The translations under genes were made by a program, and so were the position numbers. Below, piece after piece: positions 18,231-26,791 of a stretch of DNA of 47,244 nucleotides (within the stretch, counting starts at the first letter, position 1; each line of letters starts with the position of its first letter). The DNA comes from Candidatus Woesearchaeota archaeon. GTDB lineage: Archaea > Nanobdellota > Nanobdellia > Woesearchaeales > ARS49. The notes under the pieces are model-generated. The model worked only from the letters and a program-made list of their open reading frames with translations. It was not told the origin of the DNA and did no database searches. The DNA is taken from assembly GCA_016188265.1 (NCBI GenBank), contig JACPID010000024.1, positions 1 through 47,244 on the forward strand. Direction: 5' to 3'.

Positions 18231-20231
18231 ATGAATAATAAAGGCCAGCTGACTATATTTATAATCATAGGTATTTTGATTTTGCTTGTTATTGTTGTAG
18301 CTATTTATTTTTACAAACCAGCAGCAGAAGCTCCTTTAGTTTTTGTAGAAAAAGAAGTGCAGCCAATTTATGATATTGTTGAAGCTTGTGTAAAAGAAAT
18401 TTCAAAAGAAGGTCTAGCAAAACTAGGATTGCAGGGAGGGTATATACAAATACCTCCTGCTATTAAAAGAAACCCTTTAAGTTTTCTTTCCATATCTCCT
18501 GATGATTTTGTTGTTAATCCATTGTGGTATTATGAAGGTGAAAATCGTGCTCCTTCTTTGGAATTTATGCAGCGTGAACTTGAAAATTATCTTAAAGAAT
18601 TAGTTATTGATTGTGTTGATGGGTTTTCAGCAGCTCCTGAAGGTTATAAAGTAGAGATAAAGGACGAGTTTAAATCTAAGGTTGTTTTTGGTGAAAAAGA
18701 CACAACAATAAATGTTAATTGGCCTTTAGAAATAAAGTTTCAAGAATTAAAGAAAAGACAGGATGAGTATAGAATAAAATTACCTGTAAGAGTAAAGCCA
18801 GTTTATGAGCTTGCTAAAAAAGTTATGGATGCTGAAAATAAAGAGTTGTTATTTGAGAAACTAACAATGAATCTTCTTGTTCAAAATCCTGAGATTCCTT
18901 TTGATGGTCTAGAATTTAGTTGTGGAAAAAAACAGTGGAATCTTCACTCAATTCAAAAGAGCATTCAAGAATTGTTAAGCTTTACCCTTCCAATTATAAG
19001 AGTGCATAATACTAATTATTTGCCATTTTTGCATCAAGAAGATATAGATGTTTATTATTCTTTGCATGATGCAAGAGTTAAAATGCTTGAATTATTAGAA
19101 AAAGGCAAAAGCAGTCAAGATTATACTTTTGAAGAACTTCCAAAACCATCATACACCCCTCCAGATGCTTTTGACTTTCACCAATTAACATTAGAAGTTG
19201 GAGCGTCAAAAACAAATCTTCAAGCAGGATTTTATTATCTTCCTGAGTGGGGTTTAAGAGTAAGCGCGCAACCAAATGATGGCGGTATGCTAAAAAGCAG
19301 TGTTTTCAAAGGAATAAAATGGATTAGGTTTTTTTGCATTAATCAATGGCATTTTGCATATGATGTTATATATCCAGTTATGGTTTTATTAAGAGATCCT
19401 GAAGCTTTTGATGGAGAAGGCTACACATTCCAGTTTTCATTACCTGTACTTATTAATGATAATCAAGGGGAAAGAGTGTATTATGGATTGAAGCAGTTTA
19501 AAACTGTAGAGTATGATACTGAATTTTGCAATAAACCTGGTAATCAAGCGCTGGATATTAGAGTTAAAGGATTTGAAGAAGGGCTTGCTTTTGCTGTAGA
19601 TTTAGAAGGGGTTAATGTAACTCTAGAATGTGGCCCGCAAATATGCCCGATGGGCATTACTTCTGCTGAAGAAGGAGTGTACAGATTAGAAACAGTAGTT
19701 CCTGAAGGTTGTGCAAATCCTTTTATTAGAGCTGATAAAGAAAATTATGTTTCAGATCAAACAATAGCATTATCAGCTGACAAGCAGGTAGAAATTGTTC
19801 TTACTAAATTAAGAGAGCTTGATATGAGTGTTGTAAAATATGATTATTCAAAATACACAAATCAATTATCTGAAGAAGCTAAACCTTTACTGCCTCAAGA
19901 AAAAGCTTATGTTTACATAACTATTTCAAAAGGCCTTGGTTATGATCAAGTGTTAGAATACCCTGCGCAACACAAAACTGCAAAATTTGCAGAAGACACT
20001 TTAGAATATGATGTGAATATTGTTTTAACAGATGTGTTTGGTAATGTATTGGGAGGTTATGCAGCAGAAAAACTTAAAATCCCTTATGAAGATATAGAAG
20101 GAAGAACAGGAGTTGTATTAAAAGTGTTGCAGTACGCTCCTATTGCAAAAACAGCAGAAGATCAAGCAAATATGATGGGGCTAATTTATAGTCCTGAAAT
20201 GCAGGAAAAACTAAAACCTGAATTCACATGA
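18231..20231 (+). CDS. Large surface protein with class III (prepilin-like) signal peptide
   Basis: MNNKGQ-LTIFIIIGILILLVIVV leader. GAGGGGG SD before ATG 18231. LGLQGGY motif and paired Cys. Confidence 0.75.
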   Translation: MNNKGQLTIFIIIGILILLVIVVAIYFYKPAAEAPLVFVEKEVQPIYDIVEACVKEISKEGLAKLGLQGGYIQIPPAIKRNPLSFLSISPDDFVVNPLWYYEGENRAPSLEFMQRELENYLKELVIDCVDGFSAAPEGYKVEIKDEFKSKVVFGEKDTTINVNWPLEIKFQELKKRQDEYRIKLPVRVKPVYELAKKVMDAENKELLFEKLTMNLLVQNPEIPFDGLEFSCGKKQWNLHSIQKSIQELLSFTLPIIRVHNTNYLPFLHQEDIDVYYSLHDARVKMLELLEKGKSSQDYTFEELPKPSYTPPDAFDFHQLTLEVGASKTNLQAGFYYLPEWGLRVSAQPNDGGMLKSSVFKGIKWIRFFCINQWHFAYDVIYPVMVLLRDPEAFDGEGYTFQFSLPVLINDNQGERVYYGLKQFKTVEYDTEFCNKPGNQALDIRVKGFEEGLAFAVDLEGVNVTLECGPQICPMGITSAEEGVYRLETVVPEGCANPFIRADKENYVSDQTIALSADKQVEIVLTKLRELDMSVVKYDYSKYTNQLSEEAKPLLPQEKAYVYITISKGLGYDQVLEYPAQHKTAKFAEDTLEYDVNIVLTDVFGNVLGGYAAEKLKIPYEDIEGRTGVVLKVLQYAPIAKTAEDQANMMGLIYSPEMQEKLKPEFT

Positions 20232-23200
20232 GAATAAAAAAAGAGAAAATAGCATTATTAATGATTTTATTAGTGCTTTCTCTGCCAATTGTTATTGCTC
20301 AAGAGCTTAGCGCAACACTGCCTCCAGTATCACGAGCGCGTTCAATTGATATTCCTGGAACAGCACCACAAGAATCGTCTGTAGAATTAAGAATAAACAA
20401 TGAATTAAGAAGAAAAATATTAGATGTAGGGCAGGGAAATTTTACCTTTTATAATGTATTGTTAAAACAAGATAAAAATAATATAAAATTGCAGTCAAAA
20501 GATTCTGTTGGTAGAATTCAAACAAAAGAGTACACAGTTATAGTTGATGATAAACCTCCTGAATTAGAACTTGAATTGCCACAATTAATTACAAAAACTC
20601 CTGTAGAAATAAAAGGAAAAACAAATGAGCCTATAATAATAACTTATACTGTAACAAAGGGTGCAGATCAAACACCTCCTGATGCAGTTCTTAATTTAGA
20701 AGCAAAAACTGTAAGTTCAAATGAAGTTAATTTGCAATGGAGCTCGCCAATTGCAGAGGATATTTTAGAATACTCAATATACCGTAATAATAAAAGAGTG
20801 GCAGTAACAAAAGAATTAACATATAAAGATTCTAGTGTTGGATCTAATACATCTTATGAATATACTATTTCTGCTGTTGACAAGTCATGCAATGAAGGGC
20901 CTAAAAAATTATTACTAGTTACAACTCAAAAAGGAACAAGTAAAGAAAAACCTGTTCAAGAAACCAAATTATCCTGTTATGTAACACCACAAACTTTGGA
21001 AGTTAAACAAGCTGGTGAGTTTACTATTTCTCTTAACCTTATTCCTGATGTTCCTAATATTGTTTCACTTGTTGCAAAAGACCTTGCAGGCCATGAAGTG
21101 AAAAAAATACAAGTCATGAGTATTGATACACAGCCTCCGGTATTTGATGTAAAAAGTTTAAATTTAAAAGATTTAAGCCCAAGCTATACGCCAAAGGTTC
21201 ATGTAAGAGGAAAAGTAAGTGAAAAATCAGCAATAACTGTTTTTGTAAATAATCGAGCTGTATCAACAAAATTAACAGATGATGCTGGAAACTTTGATAT
21301 GCCTATAACCTTGGAAAGAAAAATAGAAACAGTAAAAAAAGAAAAAACAGCAGCGCTAGAATCAGATGTGCAATGGGTTAATAATATTAAACTTGTAGCT
21401 GTAGATGGCGCAGGGCATAGAACAGAGTACGGTCCTGTGCCTGTGCTTTATGCATTATGCGGTAGCGGAGGAAATTTTAGAATAAATTTTGGAAGCCCTA
21501 TACCAACAAAACTAACACCTCGTTTAATGATGCAGGGATTGCAAACTTTTGGATTTCCCTTTAATATGACTTATGCTGGAAAGTATCCTGTTCGTCTTAG
21601 AAATATAGCAGTGCACCCATTAAGATTAAGCCCGAAAGAAAGAGAAAATTATGATCAAGACTGGATAGCAACGCCATTTGTGTTTAAAGAAGTGTCAAAA
21701 GATGGAAAAAATGTTAATGGTTATGTTCAAGTGCAGTTTAAAAGTTTTGATCCTTTAAGTGAAGTTGAAGGAGCAACAACTTATGCAAAAGAAAAAAAAT
21801 TATCTGAACACAGAACAGGCGACTGCTTAATTCCTGGTTTTGGCTGCGCTAAATTTTATTTAGAAATGGAAACACAGTACAGTGAAAAACAGCCAGTTCT
21901 TGTATTTGATGAAACAAAAAACCAGTATATAGAACAAGAACAATACACTCAGCCAATAACACAAAAAACTTGTGATAGAGTTGAAGTAGCTATTGATATG
22001 GTAAGGCCAGAAAAACTCTTGCCAGACAAGCATTTAGAATCTGTAATAAAATTCTTAAGCGCAACAATCGATGCAATTGATGGAATACTAAAGCCTTTGA
22101 CAAACATAAATACTTTTTTAGTGTATTCTTGTCTTACAGGCACTCTTGGATTAAGTTTTTTAAATTTTAAAGAAGGTTGGGTATGTAAGTTTAAATCTGG
22201 ACTTGATAAATTACCAGGCCTTGGTAAAGATGGAGTTTGGAATTCTGAAATTGCAGAAGCTGGCTTGTGCGAACAGGTTTATGAAGATAAAGCAAAAGAC
22301 TCGTGTAAAATTTGCCAGAAAGCTATAGAAAACAGGAAAAAGTTTGAATTTAATATATTAAGGCCTGCTTGTGATCGTGTTGCAGGACCACCAGCTCCAA
22401 CATTGCAAAACTGGCTTAAACAAAAAGCAGGAGAAGCAACTGAAATAACTAAGTTTATTCCTGAAGGAAAAATTTCTGAGGTTGAATTAAAGCATGATAA
22501 TAAAGTTTTTGTTGGCAGTGATTGTGCATATCTAGAAGATCCAAAAACTAGAAATGCGGTTTTTGGTGAAACTGGTGCAGGTTATGAAAGAGTAAAGAAA
22601 ATCTATGAAAACTGGAAAAACCCTAAACTTAAAGAGCAGTGTTCAGCTTTAACAAGGCCTGCAAATCCTGATTGTTGTGGTTTTGAATATATGAGCGAGT
22701 GGGGTACTGCATGTGGAATTTCTCAATTAGGGCTTGATCCTTTTAATGAAATTAAAGAAAGCGTGTGCTTGGGAGCTAATATTGCTGGACAAAATCAAAT
22801 AACTTTAGCAGATGGAAGTACAGAACAATGTTACAGGTTATGGAATTCAGTCGCTGGATTTTGCGAACCTCAAGGAGGGCCAACAGCACAACCTATACAA
22901 ACAGGAGTAAAATACACTGAAAAACCTGCAAGCGCAGAAACAGATGAAGTGTATGTATTTGTTTATCCAGTTGGTGAATCAACAGAAAAAGGATATGAAA
23001 CAGCAAAGTATAAAGTATTCTTAGGGTATGTTTCTAAAAAATTCAAATTTGAAGAATTAAAAAAAGAAAAAAATCAACCTCCAGGTAAAGAAAATTATTA
23101 CTTAAGCCCTGACTTGTATGCAAGAGAAACAAAAGAAATAACAAACATAGTATATGATGAAAAAGGAACTCTTATTGAACAAACAAATCAAAAAAAACTT

Positions 23201-25390
23201 TCAGAATTACGAAAAGAAATTTGCCAAGAAGCAACACAAACTGATGACTGTTCAGGGGGAGAAAAATCTGAAGCTATTCTTGCACAAATAAGAGCAGTTG
23301 TAGGCAGTACTGACCAGACTTATATTGTTGTTCCAGATTCAGGATTATTAAGAAGTATGCAGTGCTTGTACACTCCGGGAATTATTGGCTGGCTTAGCAG
23401 ATGGAAACAAATAGCAACACATGCAAAAACCTGCTTTCAAACAATACAAGCAACAGGCGATGGAAGTCCAGGCATTTGCCAGGAATTTTTAAGCACTTAT
23501 GTTTGTGATTTTGTTTTTGATGCATTGAGCTGTTTTGCACAAAAATACAGCATAACACCTACAGGTGCAGAAAGAAAATATGGAGGCATTGGCGATGTAC
23601 TAGGAGCTATAACTCATGCTGGAGCTAGAACACAAGAAAGAATGAGAGGCCGTTATGGTGAAACTGCTTTATGGAAGTCATTATTTGTTGAGAAAAAATT
23701 ACAGCATGCTATTTGCCAGTTTGCATTTACAGGAACCTGGGCTTTGGATGTAGAAGCAATAGCTAAACTTTCAGTAGAACAAGTGCCAATACCAAGCCAA
23801 GCAGTGCTTGCTCCCTGCAGAAGAAGATTTGTTGGTTATACACCAATCAAAGCATTTGGAGGAGTTACAGGATTAACCTCGTGGATGTATGAAATGAATG
23901 TTTTTGTAGCTCCAGGAAGCGATCTTGATCTTGAACTTCAACTGCAATGCAGCGATGGATTTAGGTGCGATTCAAGAGATGGATATAAAGGCGGAGAATG
24001 TGACTGCAATAAAGGAGGAAAAAAAATAACAACAGTCTTTCCTGACAACTTCCAATCATTCCTGCCAAAAGAAGAAGTATATGATCAGCCAGTACAAATG
24101 CTAGTTCAAGCAACAAATGCAGATCCAAACCCAACAGTAAGATATGAGAAAGCAGTACTTAAATGGAGTTCCAGAGATCCAAATATTCCAGCACATTTGA
24201 GAGAAGGCCAAACAGAATGCAGTTTTAATCTTGTAGGAGGAGATGCGCCATCCTTCTGCTCCTTTGATCCCTTTACTTTATCATATAGATGCCAGTTTGG
24301 CGCTCAAGAAAGCGGAATAAAATTATTTGAATCCCCTGAATCAAAACCAGAATACACCAATGCATTTGTTAATAAAGCAACAAATGTAAGCATTCCTGTA
24401 TTTACAAAAAGTGAAGTCTTAAATTTTATTCTTAAAATAAAACAATTATTTCCATCAGATAATAAAGGAATGCTTAATCAAAGAAAATTCTTAACATACA
24501 AAATAGTCAACCAGCGCGGAGTAACAATTCATGACTTGTTAAGTGACGAAGGAATAATCTCAATGAATAAGAATATGCTTGCAACTGATGGAACTTCAAA
24601 TAAAAAAGTGGAAATAAAACTACCTTTTGATGATCTTAAAGAAGAGCATTTTGGAAGATCTGAACAAAGAATACTATTCACAGGATATGATGTTAGTGCT
24701 GATAAAGTACTGCCTCAGGACTTCCAAGACTTTATAAGCATAGATCTTTTTGATCAAGCAGGTAATCTGATAAAAGGCACCAAATATTTTGTTCTTGAAT
24801 TTGAAGAAAAAGAAGGACAATTATTTATGAATGTTTATGAATCAGCAGGCGTTGATGTTCCAGTAACAAACAGGCCGGTAACAGAACGCGGATTTCAAGT
24901 ACTACCAGAAACAGCTAGTTCTCCAATGAAAGCTCTAAAGAACGTTCCTGTAAAATTTAATGAAGAAATACGCTTGCAACGACCTAGTGAAGATAGAAGC
25001 AAAACACAATATAATTTAGTTATTAAAATAAAAAAGAACCCTCTATTGCCGCAGCGTAGTAAAACACAAGTTTTTGTTTCTCATCCAAAAAAAGAGCGAA
25101 AAGCAGAGGCAGTGCTTTGCAGCAATGAAGCACGACCAGTAACATGGCAAGCTGTATTTACTATTCATGATGCAGATGAATTTGGCAATCCAACAGATCA
25201 GATATCAGTAGATCCTCAAACAGGTGAAGAAGCAAGTGTTTCAATACCATTTGACATAATATGCGCTAAAGAAGAAGCTAGCTTAAATTTAGGAGAAATT
25301 AAAACATTAGAAGTAATAGAAAAAGAAGAAAATAAAGAAGGAACATCTTCTACATCTCCTGCACCTTCTAAAGATAAAACATTTGTTTAA
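20228..25390 (+). CDS. Giant secreted protein: Ig-like repeats, fibronectin type III domain, Cys-rich region
   Basis: Signal peptide; Ig-like units ending in DxxPP; FN3 (DQTPPDAV...LQWS...YSIYRN...YEYTISAVDKSCNEG); numerous paired Cys downstream. ATGA overlap. Confidence 0.8.
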   Translation: MRIKKEKIALLMILLVLSLPIVIAQELSATLPPVSRARSIDIPGTAPQESSVELRINNELRRKILDVGQGNFTFYNVLLKQDKNNIKLQSKDSVGRIQTKEYTVIVDDKPPELELELPQLITKTPVEIKGKTNEPIIITYTVTKGADQTPPDAVLNLEAKTVSSNEVNLQWSSPIAEDILEYSIYRNNKRVAVTKELTYKDSSVGSNTSYEYTISAVDKSCNEGPKKLLLVTTQKGTSKEKPVQETKLSCYVTPQTLEVKQAGEFTISLNLIPDVPNIVSLVAKDLAGHEVKKIQVMSIDTQPPVFDVKSLNLKDLSPSYTPKVHVRGKVSEKSAITVFVNNRAVSTKLTDDAGNFDMPITLERKIETVKKEKTAALESDVQWVNNIKLVAVDGAGHRTEYGPVPVLYALCGSGGNFRINFGSPIPTKLTPRLMMQGLQTFGFPFNMTYAGKYPVRLRNIAVHPLRLSPKERENYDQDWIATPFVFKEVSKDGKNVNGYVQVQFKSFDPLSEVEGATTYAKEKKLSEHRTGDCLIPGFGCAKFYLEMETQYSEKQPVLVFDETKNQYIEQEQYTQPITQKTCDRVEVAIDMVRPEKLLPDKHLESVIKFLSATIDAIDGILKPLTNINTFLVYSCLTGTLGLSFLNFKEGWVCKFKSGLDKLPGLGKDGVWNSEIAEAGLCEQVYEDKAKDSCKICQKAIENRKKFEFNILRPACDRVAGPPAPTLQNWLKQKAGEATEITKFIPEGKISEVELKHDNKVFVGSDCAYLEDPKTRNAVFGETGAGYERVKKIYENWKNPKLKEQCSALTRPANPDCCGFEYMSEWGTACGISQLGLDPFNEIKESVCLGANIAGQNQITLADGSTEQCYRLWNSVAGFCEPQGGPTAQPIQTGVKYTEKPASAETDEVYVFVYPVGESTEKGYETAKYKVFLGYVSKKFKFEELKKEKNQPPGKENYYLSPDLYARETKEITNIVYDEKGTLIEQTNQKKLSELRKEICQEATQTDDCSGGEKSEAILAQIRAVVGSTDQTYIVVPDSGLLRSMQCLYTPGIIGWLSRWKQIATHAKTCFQTIQATGDGSPGICQEFLSTYVCDFVFDALSCFAQKYSITPTGAERKYGGIGDVLGAITHAGARTQERMRGRYGETALWKSLFVEKKLQHAICQFAFTGTWALDVEAIAKLSVEQVPIPSQAVLAPCRRRFVGYTPIKAFGGVTGLTSWMYEMNVFVAPGSDLDLELQLQCSDGFRCDSRDGYKGGECDCNKGGKKITTVFPDNFQSFLPKEEVYDQPVQMLVQATNADPNPTVRYEKAVLKWSSRDPNIPAHLREGQTECSFNLVGGDAPSFCSFDPFTLSYRCQFGAQESGIKLFESPESKPEYTNAFVNKATNVSIPVFTKSEVLNFILKIKQLFPSDNKGMLNQRKFLTYKIVNQRGVTIHDLLSDEGIISMNKNMLATDGTSNKKVEIKLPFDDLKEEHFGRSEQRILFTGYDVSADKVLPQDFQDFISIDLFDQAGNLIKGTKYFVLEFEEKEGQLFMNVYESAGVDVPVTNRPVTERGFQVLPETASSPMKALKNVPVKFNEEIRLQRPSEDRSKTQYNLVIKIKKNPLLPQRSKTQVFVSHPKKERKAEAVLCSNEARPVTWQAVFTIHDADEFGNPTDQISVDPQTGEEASVSIPFDIICAKEEASLNLGEIKTLEVIEKEENKEGTSSTSPAPSKDKTFV

Positions 25391-25423
25391 TTTTATAGCT
25401 AAGATTATGAAGAATAAAAGATT

Positions 25424-26152
25424 ATGAACACATTTATCTACTCTTGGAAATTAACATTAAAACATTGGCCATGGCTAGTTGTGGCTGTTTTTTTTGATGC
25501 ATTATTTATTTTAGGAATTTTATTGCTTAATTTATACATTATCAATCAAATGCAGGAACCGCTGCAAAAAGTAGAAATATTATTGTCAAAAAGTTTTGAA
25601 AGCTTTAATTTATTTCAACCAACAAATAATGAAATTTATCAAAACCAGTTATTTAAAGAAAATTATGCACTGATATTATTCTGGTTTTTATTAAGCATTA
25701 TTGGCTCACTTGTTATCTTTATTATTTGCAAAGGAATCAATTGGGCAATAACTCATTATATAGTTTTCAGAGTGCAGTCTACAGTTTATCGGCCATTAAA
25801 GTTTTTTTTAACTTTTGCCTGGACAAGTATCTTGGCATTTATTGCTTTTATATTATTTTTTACTGGTTTTTCGCTTATATTAAAATCTTACAATGCTATG
25901 ATAATTAATTCAGTAATATCTCTGCTAATTACAAGTTTTTTAGCAGAACAATTATGGAGTTCACCAAAAAAATGGTTTTCATTTACTAAAGAATGGATGA
26001 AAGCATATTTGTTTTCTTTGATGCTTATTTTTGGGGTATTAATCGCAGGATTTTCAATAAATAATGTTATAGGATTCATGATGTTAATAACTGTTATTCC
26101 TTTTGTCCAGCAATATTCTAGAACACTGCTCATAAGCACAATAAATTGTTAG
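25424..26152 (+). CDS. Multi-pass membrane protein
   Basis: About six hydrophobic segments. Lies 33 nt downstream of the giant protein gene. Confidence 0.7.
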   Translation: MNTFIYSWKLTLKHWPWLVVAVFFDALFILGILLLNLYIINQMQEPLQKVEILLSKSFESFNLFQPTNNEIYQNQLFKENYALILFWFLLSIIGSLVIFIICKGINWAITHYIVFRVQSTVYRPLKFFLTFAWTSILAFIAFILFFTGFSLILKSYNAMIINSVISLLITSFLAEQLWSSPKKWFSFTKEWMKAYLFSLMLIFGVLIAGFSINNVIGFMMLITVIPFVQQYSRTLLISTINC

Positions 26153-26154
26153 GA

Positions 26155-26327
26155 TGTCAAAAACTACCTACTAAAGTAGGTAGCGTGTTTACACACAGCT
26201 ACTAAATGATTAAGTAGTTTTTGATCATCACAAAAATGCTTTGCATTTTTGGGATCCTGAAAATCTTTGATTTTCATGATGATCAAAAACTGCTCATCAA
26301 TAGCGTGTGTCATAGCAATTTTTGACA
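26155..26327. repeat. Nested palindromic element (MITE/REP-like element or structured RNA)
   Basis: Terminal IR TGTCAAAAA/TTTTTGACA enclosing five internal stems (detailed in findings). Confidence 0.75.
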
Positions 26328-26461
26328 AAAACGAAAATATTTCATGAAAAAGCATTAAAATCAGCAAAATTACGGAAAAAATAATAATTTTATAATAAAA
26401 AAAAACAATTTACGTTATTTCTAGCATAAGGCATTTTAAAAAAATAATATTTCTTTAATGC

Positions 26462-26791
26462 ATGGCAATTTATACCCCTTACTTAAAAACTAAATCATTT
26501 CCAATACTTGTCAACAAGTTTTTATCAAAGTTCTTTTTTGCAGGAGCAATATTTTTAGGAGCACAATATCATGACACATTGGAGAGATTAGTTGATAATG
26601 TTTTATACCATAATATCCCTCTTGAACATAATTATTTTCCTGATGCAAGGGGATTTAAAATAGATCTTGAACTAACACAAAATGGCAAACGAGCATATTT
26701 TCTAAATTATAATGAAACAAAAATCCCAATAACTTACAATCTTGTTCAAAAATTAGGGGAACTTTCTAATGAGCACATTCAAACTAGATGA
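26462..26791 (+). CDS. Small hypothetical protein with one hydrophobic segment
   Basis: 109-aa ORF overlapping the downstream protease start. Confidence 0.6.
   Translation: MAIYTPYLKTKSFPILVNKFLSKFFFAGAIFLGAQYHDTLERLVDNVLYHNIPLEHNYFPDARGFKIDLELTQNGKRAYFLNYNETKIPITYNLVQKLGELSNEHIQTR

Noticed and set aside
26164..26367. 67-aa minus-strand ORF
   Set aside because: It lies over the palindromic element, lacks a convincing start or SD, and its sequence is explained by the DNA symmetry.
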